NCBI GenBank assembly: GCA_039715165.1
Contig: JBDLHX010000002.1
Location: 1 to 59,526 of the forward strand
Direction of reading: 5' to 3'
DNA: 59,526 nt
Origin: Actinomycetota bacterium
GTDB lineage: Bacteria > Actinomycetota > Acidimicrobiia > Spongiisociales > UBA5794
Below the pieces are notes generated by a model. The model saw nothing but the letters and a program-made list of their open reading frames with translations, was not told the DNA's origin and made no database searches. Positions 38,393 through 48,290 of the stretch are shown piece after piece; the stretch's first letter is position 1, and the number at the start of each line of letters is the position of its first letter. Position numbers and translations under genes: made by a program.

Positions 38393-39984
38393 CAGTTGCC
38401 GAGAGCGTAGAAGAAACCGTCGCGAGATCCCACATACATCCGGCCGTTCCACACCGCCGGCGTCGACTCGATGCAAGCGCCGGATCCGACAACGGCGTCC
38501 CACATCCGCTCCGGTGACCGCGGGTTCGTGAGGTCGTACGCCCGAAGTCCGGAGTGGTCGGTGAGGCAATCGGTGCCCACAACGAGGGCGTTGTCGACGA
38601 TGGCAGGAGACGACCATGCGTTCCCGCCGATGAAGTCCTCCCACACCGTCTCCCCGGTCGCCGTGTCGACGGCAAGCATGTCGCCGGCATCCGAGACGAC
38701 GAAGAGCAGGCCGGCCTCGGGGTGGAGGGCCGGGGTCGCCCATGCTCCCGCGTCCTGACTGCGGGCAGCCGAGAGGTAGACCGACCAGACCACCGGATCA
38801 TCGGGGTTGTTCGGGTCGAGTTTCGCAAGGTCGCCGACCTCGCGAACTCTACGGGCTGCCGTGTTGTCCTTCTTCGCCGTGTCGGCATGGGAGACGACGT
38901 AGAGGTAGCCCTCCGCGTCGATCGTGATCGTCGCGTCGGTGTCGTCGCCGTTCCAGAAGTCGAAGAACACCTCGGCCTCACCGGTCTCCACGTTCGAGAC
39001 ATCGACGCCGACGACCCGGCCGGCCGACGTGGCGAAGTAGGCCCTCTGTTCGAAGACGGCGGTTGAGTTCTCGACCGAGTGCTGCCGTCCGAAAATCTCC
39101 GTCAGTTCGTCGGTCCACGCCGACATCTGATAGACGACCTGTGGATCGATGGTCACCATGCCGTTTGCGTCGTAGGAACGGTTGAGCTTGACGGCGAACC
39201 ACCAGGAGTTCTCGCCGCCTTCGTACATGATGTCGTCGACGATGACCGGGTTCGAGTCCCAGTCGTCATTCCAGATGCCCTCCACGGAGCGGGCGTGGAG
39301 TGACCAGACCTCGCGAGGCTCGTCACCATCGAGGGCGATGATGCGGAATCGCGGATCACGCGAGCCGGCATACAGGAGGGGATAGCCGTCCGGATCGAGG
39401 GTCACCGAGCCTTTGATGATGTCGCCCATGTCGAAGTCGGGACGCGTGCGCTCACCGGTCTCGGCGTCGAGGAAGTGGATCTGCTTGTCGTAGGCGCCGA
39501 AGATGACCTCGGTGATCCCGTCCGGACGCTCCCAAACGACGGGCTGGCCGGTCCAGCCGCTCCCGCACCAGACCTTCGGTTCTTTACCGACGGGCGACTG
39601 GCCGCACATCGTCTCGTCGGGGAACTTCCACGCGACACTGGGCGGCTGTTGCGGGACGGGGCCGGAGCCGTAGTACGTGCGAGTCGGATTGCCGCGGAAC
39701 ATGGTGAGGCCGACGACCTCGCCCCACGGCTTCCCGACGCTCTCGGGCGGCACGACTCCCGGCGTCCGGTCCAGGAGCGTCGTCGAAGTGGTGGCCGTCG
39801 TGGATGACGTCACAGACGAATCGACACTGCCGCCCACGGTCGTCTCGGTGCCGGGCAGGGGTGTGACGGGGGCGAAGCTCGAGGTGGTCGAGCCATTCGG
39901 ATCGGCGGGCACGATGTCGGCGCCGGCCACGCACGCGGCAGTCGCGAGTCCAACGGCGACGGCGAGAGTGGTCAAGCGGCGCAT
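38392..39984 (-). CDS. PQQ-like beta-propeller repeat lipoprotein
   Basis: Lipobox LATAAC and a Thr/Ser-rich linker. Repeated propeller blades end in GRMYVGSRDGFFYALG. Confidence 0.75.
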   Translation of the reverse strand: MRRLTTLAVAVGLATAACVAGADIVPADPNGSTTSSFAPVTPLPGTETTVGGSVDSSVTSSTTATTSTTLLDRTPGVVPPESVGKPWGEVVGLTMFRGNPTRTYYGSGPVPQQPPSVAWKFPDETMCGQSPVGKEPKVWCGSGWTGQPVVWERPDGITEVIFGAYDKQIHFLDAETGERTRPDFDMGDIIKGSVTLDPDGYPLLYAGSRDPRFRIIALDGDEPREVWSLHARSVEGIWNDDWDSNPVIVDDIMYEGGENSWWFAVKLNRSYDANGMVTIDPQVVYQMSAWTDELTEIFGRQHSVENSTAVFEQRAYFATSAGRVVGVDVSNVETGEAEVFFDFWNGDDTDATITIDAEGYLYVVSHADTAKKDNTAARRVREVGDLAKLDPNNPDDPVVWSVYLSAARSQDAGAWATPALHPEAGLLFVVSDAGDMLAVDTATGETVWEDFIGGNAWSSPAIVDNALVVGTDCLTDHSGLRAYDLTNPRSPERMWDAVVGSGACIESTPAVWNGRMYVGSRDGFFYALGN

Positions 39985-40082
39985 CGCCGGGAGTGTAGGA
40001 ACCGGGTCGATTTCTGCTCGGTTTCACTTCACCGGTCGGCGCTGGCCGGGAAACCAGGCTCATCGTATCCTCGGCGCATGGG

Positions 40083-41879
40083 ATGGATCGCAAACGTGCA
40101 GGGGAGCGGAACGTGACCCCGAAGCAGAAGGACGTGGATGTCCGCGTCGGCCTCGGGCTTCTCGCCCGCACGCTTCGCTCCTACCCGCGCGACGGTGCCA
40201 TCGCGATGTCTGGTGCCCTCATCTGGATGGCAATGGTCGTCGCGATCCCGTACGTCTCGAAGCTGATCATCGATGACGCCGTCATCGCCGGACGACGCGA
40301 CCTCCTCGTGCCGCTCGTTGCCACTCTTGTCGGCGTCGGGCTCGTCCAAGCCGTCGGCATGGGGATCAGGCGCTACTTCGGCTTCCGCCTCTCGTATCGC
40401 GCCGAGGCCGATCTCAGGGGCCGTATGTTCGCCCACATCCAGCGGCTGGCGTTCTCGTTCCACGACGTCACCCCTACGGGGCAGCTCATGTCCCGAGCCT
40501 CGTCCGACCTGTCACAGATCCGCCTCATCCTGATGATGCTGCCGATCGTCATTGCAAATATCGCCATGTTCCTTGTCGTGATCGTTGTGCTCATCGTGAT
40601 CGATCCGGTCCTCGGACTCGTCGCGTCGCTCACCATCCCCGCGATCGTCCTCAACGCCAACACACTCGCACGCCGCATCATCCGCCTCTCGTTCAGCGTC
40701 CAGCAGAAGCTCGCCGACCTCGCGGAGGTCGTTGAGGAGAGCGTTGCCGGCATCGAGATCATCAAGGCCTACGGCCAGGAGCGGCGGGAGGAGCGACGGC
40801 TCGAGGCTGCGGCGCTGGCGATCTACGAAGACACGATCCAGATCGCTCGCTACCGATCGACGTACGCACCGCTCTTCGAACTCATCCCGTCGTTCGGCAC
40901 GGTTGCGGTGCTGTGGGTCGGTGGCATTCGGGTCATCGATGGGGCAGTCACTGCCGGGGAGTTCGTCGCGTTCACGCAGTACCTCGCCGTGCTCGTGCTC
41001 CCGCTCATGATCACCGGCTGGTTCTTCGCGAATATCCCGAGGGCGGCCGCGTCGGCCTCTCGAATCGAGGAACTGCTCGGAACGGCCCCGGTGATCGAAG
41101 ATCCCGAGCGGCCGGTGCCGCTGCCGGATGGGCCCGGCGAGATCCGATTCGAGGGAGTGTGCTTCGCGTATCCGGGCGGCGAGACCGTGCTCGACGGGGT
41201 CGATCTCGTCATCCCCGGAGGAAAGGCCGTCGCCCTCGTCGGAGCCACCGGATCGGGGAAGACGACGCTCGCGAACCTCGTTCCCCGCTTCTACGACGCC
41301 GTGGGCGGCTCGGTCGCGATCGACGGTGTCGATGTCAGCGACATGCGCCTTGAAGACCTCCGTTCCGAGGTCGCGGTCGTCTTCCAGGAGACGTTCCTGT
41401 TCTCGGCAACGGTCGCCGAGAATATCCTCGTAGGCGACCCCGGCGCGGACGAGAGACGCGTGAGATCTGCAGCCCGGCTCGCTCAGGCACACGACTTCAT
41501 CTGTGCGATGCCGGAGGGCTACGGGACGGTCGTCGGGGAAAGGGGCCACACGCTGTCGGGCGGGCAGCGGCAGCGCGTTGCGCTCGCACGCAGTGTGCTG
41601 CGCGATCCGCGGATCCTCATCCTCGACGATGCGACGTCATCGGTCGACGCCGTTGTCGAGGCGGAGATCCAGGAGGCGCTGCGCCACGTCATGAGAGGCC
41701 GGACAACGCTGATCATCGCCCACCGTACGTCGACCCTCGCGCTCGCCGACCTCGTTGTCTTCCTCGAGAACGGCGAGATCGTCGGCGTCGGTACGCACGA
41801 TGACCTGCTCGCGACGATCCCGCGCTACGCAGCGGTGCTCGCCCAGGACGAGGATCGGGCGGAGGCTGGTGAGCGATGA
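40083..41879 (+). CDS. ABC exporter, fused TMD-NBD half-transporter
   Basis: Six-TM domain. Walker A GATGSGKTT, signature LSGGQRQR, Walker B ILILDDATS. Confidence 0.9.
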   Translation: MDRKRAGERNVTPKQKDVDVRVGLGLLARTLRSYPRDGAIAMSGALIWMAMVVAIPYVSKLIIDDAVIAGRRDLLVPLVATLVGVGLVQAVGMGIRRYFGFRLSYRAEADLRGRMFAHIQRLAFSFHDVTPTGQLMSRASSDLSQIRLILMMLPIVIANIAMFLVVIVVLIVIDPVLGLVASLTIPAIVLNANTLARRIIRLSFSVQQKLADLAEVVEESVAGIEIIKAYGQERREERRLEAAALAIYEDTIQIARYRSTYAPLFELIPSFGTVAVLWVGGIRVIDGAVTAGEFVAFTQYLAVLVLPLMITGWFFANIPRAAASASRIEELLGTAPVIEDPERPVPLPDGPGEIRFEGVCFAYPGGETVLDGVDLVIPGGKAVALVGATGSGKTTLANLVPRFYDAVGGSVAIDGVDVSDMRLEDLRSEVAVVFQETFLFSATVAENILVGDPGADERRVRSAARLAQAHDFICAMPEGYGTVVGERGHTLSGGQRQRVALARSVLRDPRILILDDATSSVDAVVEAEIQEALRHVMRGRTTLIIAHRTSTLALADLVVFLENGEIVGVGTHDDLLATIPRYAAVLAQDEDRAEAGER

Positions 41880-43651
41880 GGTACATGCAGCACGCCGGCG
41901 ACTACGAGGTGAAGGACCGCCGGCGTCTCCTGGTGCGAGCCGCTCGCCTCGGCAGAGACTTCCGGTTCCCCGCGCTCGGAGCCTTTGCCGCAGCCGCTCT
42001 CGGCACCGCAGCACGGCTCGCGGGGCCGATGACCGTCAAGGTCGGGTTTGATCGCGGCGTTGCAGAAGGAGACAAGAGCGTCGTCACGATCGCTGCGATC
42101 GTGTTCATCGTCCTTCTCCTGATCCAGTACGTGTTCACGAAGGTCTCGCGATACGGGATTGCGTGGGTGGGGGAGCGGTACCTGCTCAAGCTCCGCGGCG
42201 TCGTGTTCGGGCACCTCGTCCGCTCCGACACAGCGTTCTTCTCCCGCTCGAAGAGCGGTGTGCTCGTCAGCCGCATGACGTCGGACATCGAGTCGCTTCA
42301 GGAGTTCGCGGGCGACGGCGCCGTCATGGCGTTGTCGAACATCCTGACGGTTGTCGGCGTGGCCGTGGCGATGGTGCTCGTCGATTGGCGGATGGCGACC
42401 GCCGCGTTCGTCGTGATAGCGGTGCTCATCGGCGTGTCGGTCGTGTTCCAGAAGCATGCCTCGAAGGCGTACGAGCAGGTGAGGGAACGCATCGGCCGGG
42501 TGCTCGCAGGCCTCCAAGAAGGCATTGCCGGTGTTCGCGTCGTCCAGGCCTTCACCCAGGAACAGGTCCAGGCGACGTCATTCGGCCGCGTCAACGAAGC
42601 CCACTACCGGGCGAACATGAGGGCCGGAGCGGCGATCTCTTGGTACTTCCCCGCAGTTGGCCTTCTCCGAGTGAGCGCGATCGCAGCGGTACTGGTCATC
42701 GGGGGCCTGCGTGTGATCGACGGATCGCTCACATTCGGGACCCTCGTCGTGTTCCTTCTCTACCTCGATTGGTTCTTCCAACCGATCGTGAACCTCGCCA
42801 ACGTCTACAACCTGCTCCAAGCTGCGATCGCGGCGATCGCGAAGCTGTTCGATCTGCTCGACGTCGAAGCAGAAGTCACGGAACGCCCCGGCGCCTACGA
42901 CCTCCCGGTTCCGGTATCGGGAGACGTCGCCCTGAGCGGTGTCACGTTCGGCTACAGCGACGACGTGACGGTGCTCCACGATGTTGACCTGCAGATCCCG
43001 GCAGGGCAGCGGCTCGCCGTGGTCGGGGAGACAGGGGCCGGCAAGTCCACGATCGCGAAGCTCGTCCTCCGGTTCTACGACCCTCAGGAGGGAACGGTCG
43101 AGATCGACGGATCGAGCCTGCGGGATGTCACAACCGACTCACGAACGGATGCGGTCGCCCTCATTCCGCAGGATGGATTCCTCTTCAGCGGAACGTTGCG
43201 TGACAACCTCACGTACGGGGCCCCCGGGGCGACCGAGGACGACGTTTGGAACGTTCTGCGGGCAATGGGTGTCGATGGCTGGATCAGAACGCTCCCCGAC
43301 GGCCTCGACACGGAGGTGCGAGAGCGGGGGAGCAGGTTCTCTGCGGGAGAGCGCCAACTCATCGCCCTCGGCCGGGCGTTCCTCAACGACCCGTCGATCA
43401 TCGTGCTCGATGAAGCAACGTCGAACTTGGATCCGGAGACCGAACTCGAGGTCGAGGGAGCGCTCCGGGTGCTCCTCGCCGGGCGAACGGCGATCGTCAT
43501 CGCCCACCGGCTCAGGTCGGCTGAGCGGGCGGATCGTGTGATCATGATCGACGATGGTCGCATCATCGCGGACGGGCGGCACGAGGAGCTCGTCGGTTCG
43601 AGTCCCGAGTACGGCCGCCTCGTCGAAGTTTGGGAGAGGGGAGTGACGTGA
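41876..43651 (+). CDS. ABC exporter, fused TMD-NBD half-transporter (partner subunit)
   Basis: Start overlaps the upstream stop by 4 nt. Walker A GETGAGKST, signature FSAGERQL, Walker B IIVLDEATS. Confidence 0.9.
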   Translation: MRYMQHAGDYEVKDRRRLLVRAARLGRDFRFPALGAFAAAALGTAARLAGPMTVKVGFDRGVAEGDKSVVTIAAIVFIVLLLIQYVFTKVSRYGIAWVGERYLLKLRGVVFGHLVRSDTAFFSRSKSGVLVSRMTSDIESLQEFAGDGAVMALSNILTVVGVAVAMVLVDWRMATAAFVVIAVLIGVSVVFQKHASKAYEQVRERIGRVLAGLQEGIAGVRVVQAFTQEQVQATSFGRVNEAHYRANMRAGAAISWYFPAVGLLRVSAIAAVLVIGGLRVIDGSLTFGTLVVFLLYLDWFFQPIVNLANVYNLLQAAIAAIAKLFDLLDVEAEVTERPGAYDLPVPVSGDVALSGVTFGYSDDVTVLHDVDLQIPAGQRLAVVGETGAGKSTIAKLVLRFYDPQEGTVEIDGSSLRDVTTDSRTDAVALIPQDGFLFSGTLRDNLTYGAPGATEDDVWNVLRAMGVDGWIRTLPDGLDTEVRERGSRFSAGERQLIALGRAFLNDPSIIVLDEATSNLDPETELEVEGALRVLLAGRTAIVIAHRLRSAERADRVIMIDDGRIIADGRHEELVGSSPEYGRLVEVWERGVT

Positions 43652-44772
43652 ACCAGGCATATCTCGATGAGTTCTCCGAGTCCGTCGGGTATCTCAATTT
43701 CGCATCGGTCGGGCCGCCGTCGAAGTCGGCGCGTCGGACCGCGTCCGATCTCCTCGAGCAGGTCGCGACCGCTGGGAGGTCGGCCGTCGAAATCGTCGCC
43801 CCGGCGTACGCGGCTGCGCAAGCAACCATCGCCCGCGCACTCGGTGTGGCGGACGGCTACGCGACATCCGTGCCGTCAACGAGTGCCGGGATCATGCAGA
43901 TCGCCTTCGGCCTCGTCGGGGCCGGCGGCAACGTGGTCGTCCCTGCTCACGAGTTCCCGGCGAACCGGTATCCATGGCTGCGGGCAGAAGCGGTCGGAGG
44001 GCCCGCCGTGCGAGCTGTCGAGATCCCGGATCGTCGCGTGACGGCCGAATCCCTCTCCGACGCGATCGACGACGACACGCGGCTTGTCTCGGTCAGCCTT
44101 GTCGACTACATGAGTGGCTTTCGCGTGGACGTCGACTCCATCGTCGAGGCGGCCGGCGACGCGCTCGTCCTCATCGACGGCATCCAGGGCCTCGGTGTGA
44201 TATCGGCGGCGCTCAGAGGTGCAGACATCTTCGTCTCGGGCGGCCAGAAGTGGCTCCGCGCCGGGTTCTCAGGTGGTGTCATGGCCGTGTCGGAGCGGTC
44301 GTTCGAACGACTCAGCCCGACGCTCACCGGATGGTTCGGGGTCGAGGAGAGCTATGTGTTTGAGGTGCCGCCGCCGCATCCTGCGCTCGGAACCGCCGAA
44401 CGGTTCCTCGAGAGCTCGCCGAACCTGCTCGGCGCCGTCACGTCGGCGGCAGCACTCGATGTCGTGGCGATCGACGGTATCGACTCCATCGAGGCGGCCG
44501 TGCTCGAGCGGTCAGGCGCTGCCTTGGAGATCGTCCGCTCTCTCGGAGGCGAGGTGATCGCACCCTGGCGATCGGATCGGGAGCGTGCCGGGATCGTCAC
44601 CTTCCGGCTTCCCGGGCTCGAAGCGACTGAAGTCGTGCGGAGGCTCGGGGAAGAAGGATTCGTGGTGTCTGAGCGCAGCGGGTGGATCCGAGTCTCTCCA
44701 CATGCGACGACGCCCCTCTCGGCGATCGAAGCCTTCGGCGAGGCGCTTCGCTCTCAGGTCCGGAACGCCTGA
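43648..44772 (+). CDS. class V aminotransferase-fold PLP enzyme (cysteine desulfurase/epimerase-like)
   Basis: The GTG at 43648 overlaps the ABC stop (GTGA). YLNFASVGPP and SGGQKWL (candidate PLP-lysine region). Confidence 0.75.
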   Translation: MNQAYLDEFSESVGYLNFASVGPPSKSARRTASDLLEQVATAGRSAVEIVAPAYAAAQATIARALGVADGYATSVPSTSAGIMQIAFGLVGAGGNVVVPAHEFPANRYPWLRAEAVGGPAVRAVEIPDRRVTAESLSDAIDDDTRLVSVSLVDYMSGFRVDVDSIVEAAGDALVLIDGIQGLGVISAALRGADIFVSGGQKWLRAGFSGGVMAVSERSFERLSPTLTGWFGVEESYVFEVPPPHPALGTAERFLESSPNLLGAVTSAAALDVVAIDGIDSIEAAVLERSGAALEIVRSLGGEVIAPWRSDRERAGIVTFRLPGLEATEVVRRLGEEGFVVSERSGWIRVSPHATTPLSAIEAFGEALRSQVRNA

Positions 44773-45350
44773 CCCGCGACGATCGAACCGCCCCCGGAGC
44801 GCCACACGTCATCGACGTCCCAGTGCGTTGCCTCGAGGATCTCGACCGTTGGCTGGTTCAGGCGGCAGCCGCCGGAGACCTTCCCCCACAATGGGTTGAT
44901 GCGGTCCTGCCACCGGGCGGTTCGAGGTTTGGGGGAGCGGACGTGTTCGAGGAAGCGGAGGATGCCGCCGGGTCGCACAACGCGGTGGACCTCGTCGAGG
45001 GCTCGGGTCGGATCGGGGATGGTGCAGAGGGAGAATGCGACGATCGCGCCGTCGAATATCTCATCGGTGAACGGCAGGTGATGGGCGTCGCCCCGGTACA
45101 AGAAGAGCGGGACGGGTGAACCGGGGGCCTTTCTGACGAGCCGGTCAACCATGTGCCGATCCGGCTCGACGGCGTGGATCTCGTCTGCGGTCTCCGGGTA
45201 GAACGGCACGTTCAGGCCGGTGCCGGCTGCGATCTCGACGATCCTTCCGGTCACGCCGTCCATCATCCGCCGGCGCTGCTCCCGTGTGCCTGCCCGCTCG
45301 GTGGGAGTGAGCACGGTGTCGTAGATGCGTGCGATCAGCGGGTGTTCCAT
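44754..45350 (-). CDS. class I SAM-dependent methyltransferase
   Basis: SAM motif I VEIAAGTGLN; post-I and motif III regions (DGAIVAFSL, RVVRPGGILRFLEH). Confidence 0.85.
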   Translation of the reverse strand: MEHPLIARIYDTVLTPTERAGTREQRRRMMDGVTGRIVEIAAGTGLNVPFYPETADEIHAVEPDRHMVDRLVRKAPGSPVPLFLYRGDAHHLPFTDEIFDGAIVAFSLCTIPDPTRALDEVHRVVRPGGILRFLEHVRSPKPRTARWQDRINPLWGKVSGGCRLNQPTVEILEATHWDVDDVWRSGGGSIVAGQAFRT

Positions 45351-45442
45351 CCACCCATCAGCGTACCCAGGGTTGCAGTCCCCGTATACGGCGCCACCAG
45401 CCCACAGATTGAAGCGGAACGGCCGTCGGTAGGCTCGTTGTC

Positions 45443-46666
45443 ATGTCGTTCACAACCCGTCCAATTAGGGAAGGCGAATCGCTGGCGTTTCGTCGCGCGC
45501 TTGCCCGAGGATTCGGTGATGACCTTCAAGAAGATGTCTTCCCGGCCGAGTGGTTTCCCGAGCTGTTCCCGCTCGACAGGACGGTCGGTGCCTTCGACGG
45601 CGACGCGATCGTCGGCACGCTCGGAGGCTTCCCCTTCGAGGTGACGGTGCCGGGCGGCGCCTCGGTCCCGATGGCCGGGACGACGATCGTGACGGTGGCC
45701 GCGACGCACCGACGGCGAGGCGTGCTGACGGCGATGATGCGCGACCACCTCGCAGACACGCAATCGCGCAACGAGCCACTCGTCGGGCTGTGGGCCTCGG
45801 AAAGCGTGATCTACGGCCGGTACGGCTTCGGTGTCGCGACGGAGAACGAAGACGTCGAGATGCACCAGACGCACGTCTCTGTCGACGGGGAAGGAGGTTC
45901 GGTTCGGCTCGTCGATGCGGACGAGGCCGGTCGGCTCTTCCCCGACGTCTACGACGCCGTTCGATCCGCCAAGCCGGGCATGTTGACGCGGAGCGCCACG
46001 TGGTGGAAGACCGAGGTCCTCTTCGACCCGGAACAGCGGCGTCAGGGCTTCTCGTCGCAGCGCTACCTCGTCCACGAGACCGATGGGGTCGTTGATGGAT
46101 ACGCGATCTACCGGCAGAAGGGGGATTGGGGCGACGGGTTCCCGAACGGCGAGGTGCGGATCCGGGAGGTCACGGCGAGGACACCGACGGCGCACTCCGG
46201 GATGTGGCAGTTCCTGACGTCGATCGACCTGTACCCGCGGATCAAGTACTGGAATCTGGCGGTCGACGATCCGCTCCGGTGGAAGGTCCCCGATCACCGC
46301 AGGATCACGCGCAAGCGGTGGGATGCGATGTACCTGCGGCTTCTCGACGTGGTTGCCGCGCTCGAAGCCCGCACGTATGCATTCGACGGCACGGTCACGT
46401 TCTCCGTTGACGACCCGTTTCTTCCCGACGTCGGTGGAGCGTTCGAACTCACGGTGGAAGCCGGTATCGGTTCGTGCCGCCGGATCGAGGAAGGTGCCAC
46501 CGATCTCGCGATGAGCATCGTCGAGCTGAGCAGTCTCTATCTCGGTGCCGGCCATGTTGATCCCATGGTGAAGACCGGTCGGCTGCGCGGCGGCTCCGAT
46601 GTGGTCGAGCTCTTCGGCAGGATGCTCCGCGGCGATGTGGCGCCGTGGTGCGAAGAGATCTTCTGA
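45443..46666 (+). CDS. Eis-like GNAT acetyltransferase with C-terminal SCP2-like domain
   Basis: 407 aa. VAATHRRRGVLTAMM...LWASESVIYGRYGFG plus the length and architecture typical of Eis-family proteins. Confidence 0.82.
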   Translation: MSFTTRPIREGESLAFRRALARGFGDDLQEDVFPAEWFPELFPLDRTVGAFDGDAIVGTLGGFPFEVTVPGGASVPMAGTTIVTVAATHRRRGVLTAMMRDHLADTQSRNEPLVGLWASESVIYGRYGFGVATENEDVEMHQTHVSVDGEGGSVRLVDADEAGRLFPDVYDAVRSAKPGMLTRSATWWKTEVLFDPEQRRQGFSSQRYLVHETDGVVDGYAIYRQKGDWGDGFPNGEVRIREVTARTPTAHSGMWQFLTSIDLYPRIKYWNLAVDDPLRWKVPDHRRITRKRWDAMYLRLLDVVAALEARTYAFDGTVTFSVDDPFLPDVGGAFELTVEAGIGSCRRIEEGATDLAMSIVELSSLYLGAGHVDPMVKTGRLRGGSDVVELFGRMLRGDVAPWCEEIF

Positions 46667-46818
46667 GCCGATCCCCGGCGGGAACGAATACGCGGACCGT
46701 GGCGTTGCCATTACAGGCGGCGACTCGCCGGGGCGGTCCGGTCTTCCCCACTCCCACTCGTTCCGGCCCCGGCGGGATCGCCGTTTCAGAACGGACCGTT
46801 TTCGTCCGTCGGACACCG

Positions 46819-46842
46819 TACAATGGCACTATCTCGATAGTG
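46819..46842 (+). promoter_or_regulatory. candidate sufB promoter -10 (TACAAT) followed by a 16-bp perfect inverted repeat CACTATC-TC-GATAGTG
   Basis: TACAAT at 46819..46824. Palindrome at 46827..46842. GGGGAG (SD-like) lies about 10 nt before the sufB ATG at 46865. Confidence 0.4.
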
Positions 46843-46864
46843 GAAATGCGGGGAGCGCGACACC

Positions 46865-48268
46865 ATGAGCACGGTTGACATCGACCTCGGCTCGTACCAA
46901 CTCGGCTGGTCGGACGAAGAGGACTACGTCTACAAGCCCGAGAAGGGTCTGAACGAGCAGATCATTCGCGACATGTCGCGTATGAAGAAGGAACCCGAGT
47001 GGATGCTCGACTTCCGGCTCAAGGCGTACCGGCGCTTCTTGCGCAAGCCGATGCCCGAATGGGTGGGGGACGGCGCCCTCAACGAGATCGACTTCGATGA
47101 CATCTACTACTACATCAAGCCGATGGAGGGCCAGGCGAAGGACTGGGACATGGTCCCGGACTCGATCAAGGAGACCTACGAGAAGCTCGGCATCCCCGAA
47201 GCCGAACGCAAGTACCTCGCCGGAGTAACCGCGCAGTATGAAAGTGAGGTCGTTTACCACCGGAACCGGGAGGATCTCGAAGATCTCGGCGTGCTGTTCA
47301 CCGACATGGACACCGCAGTGCGCGAGTACCCGGAGATCGTCCAGGAGTACTTCGGGAAGATCATCCCGCCGAACGACAACAAATTCGCAGCACTGAACTC
47401 GGCCGTGTGGTCAGGCGGGTCGTTTATCTACATCCCGCCCGGCGTCCATCTCGACGAGCCGCTCCAGGCCTACTTCCGCATCAACGCGGAGAACATGGGT
47501 CAGTTCGAACGGACGCTCATCATCGTCGACGAAGGCGCCTTCGTGCACTACGTCGAAGGATGCTCCGCACCGGTCTACTCATCCGATTCCCTGCATGCCG
47601 CGGTCGTCGAGATCGTCATCAAGGAAGGCGGTCGGGCCCGCTACTCGACGATCCAGAACTGGTCGAACAACGTCTACAACCTCGTGACGAAACGCGCCGC
47701 CGCGTACAAGAACGCAACGATGGAATGGATCGACGGCAATCTAGGCAGTCGCTTCACCGCCAAGTACCCCGCGGTGTGGCTCATGGAGGAGGGCGCCCAC
47801 GGAGAGGTGCTCTCGATCGCCATGGCGGGGTCGGGCCAGCATCAGGATGCGGGTGCCAAGATCGTCCACGTTGCGCCGAACACGACATCGCTCATCACGT
47901 CGAAGTCGATCTCGAACCACGGCGGCCGAGCCGGATACCGAGGTCTCGTCCGCGTCGAACCGGGGGCCGAGAACGCCCGGTCGTTCGTGCGGTGCGACGC
48001 CCTCATCCTCGACGAGGACTCCCGGTCGGATACCTACCCGTACATGGAGATCGAGGAGTCGAACGTCGACATCGGCCACGAGGCCACGGTCTCGAAGGTG
48101 GGGGAGGACCAGCTCTTCTACCTGATGAGCCGAGGGCTCAGCGAGGAGCAGGCCACCGCCATGGTCGTTGCCGGCTTCATCGAGCCGATCGTCAAGGAGC
48201 TGCCGATGGAGTACGCCGTCGAACTCAACCGGCTCATCGAGCTCCAGATGGAGGGCTCCGTCGGTTAG
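46865..48268 (+). CDS. sufB: Fe-S cluster assembly protein SufB
   Basis: 467 aa. Typical SufB N-terminus ([18 protein letters not shown]) and C-terminal region (...[27 protein letters not shown]). Confidence 0.97.
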   Translation: MSTVDIDLGSYQLGWSDEEDYVYKPEKGLNEQIIRDMSRMKKEPEWMLDFRLKAYRRFLRKPMPEWVGDGALNEIDFDDIYYYIKPMEGQAKDWDMVPDSIKETYEKLGIPEAERKYLAGVTAQYESEVVYHRNREDLEDLGVLFTDMDTAVREYPEIVQEYFGKIIPPNDNKFAALNSAVWSGGSFIYIPPGVHLDEPLQAYFRINAENMGQFERTLIIVDEGAFVHYVEGCSAPVYSSDSLHAAVVEIVIKEGGRARYSTIQNWSNNVYNLVTKRAAAYKNATMEWIDGNLGSRFTAKYPAVWLMEEGAHGEVLSIAMAGSGQHQDAGAKIVHVAPNTTSLITSKSISNHGGRAGYRGLVRVEPGAENARSFVRCDALILDEDSRSDTYPYMEIEESNVDIGHEATVSKVGEDQLFYLMSRGLSEEQATAMVVAGFIEPIVKELPMEYAVELNRLIELQMEGSVG

Positions 48269-48290
48269 CAGCGCCTACGCTGCGAACCGC

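Noticed and set aside
46599-46878. Small ORFs (89 and 77 aa) in the sufB upstream region that could have been a missing SufR-like regulator.
   Set aside because: They are too short and Arg/Pro/Gly-rich, have no helix-turn-helix pattern, and overlap the sufB start.
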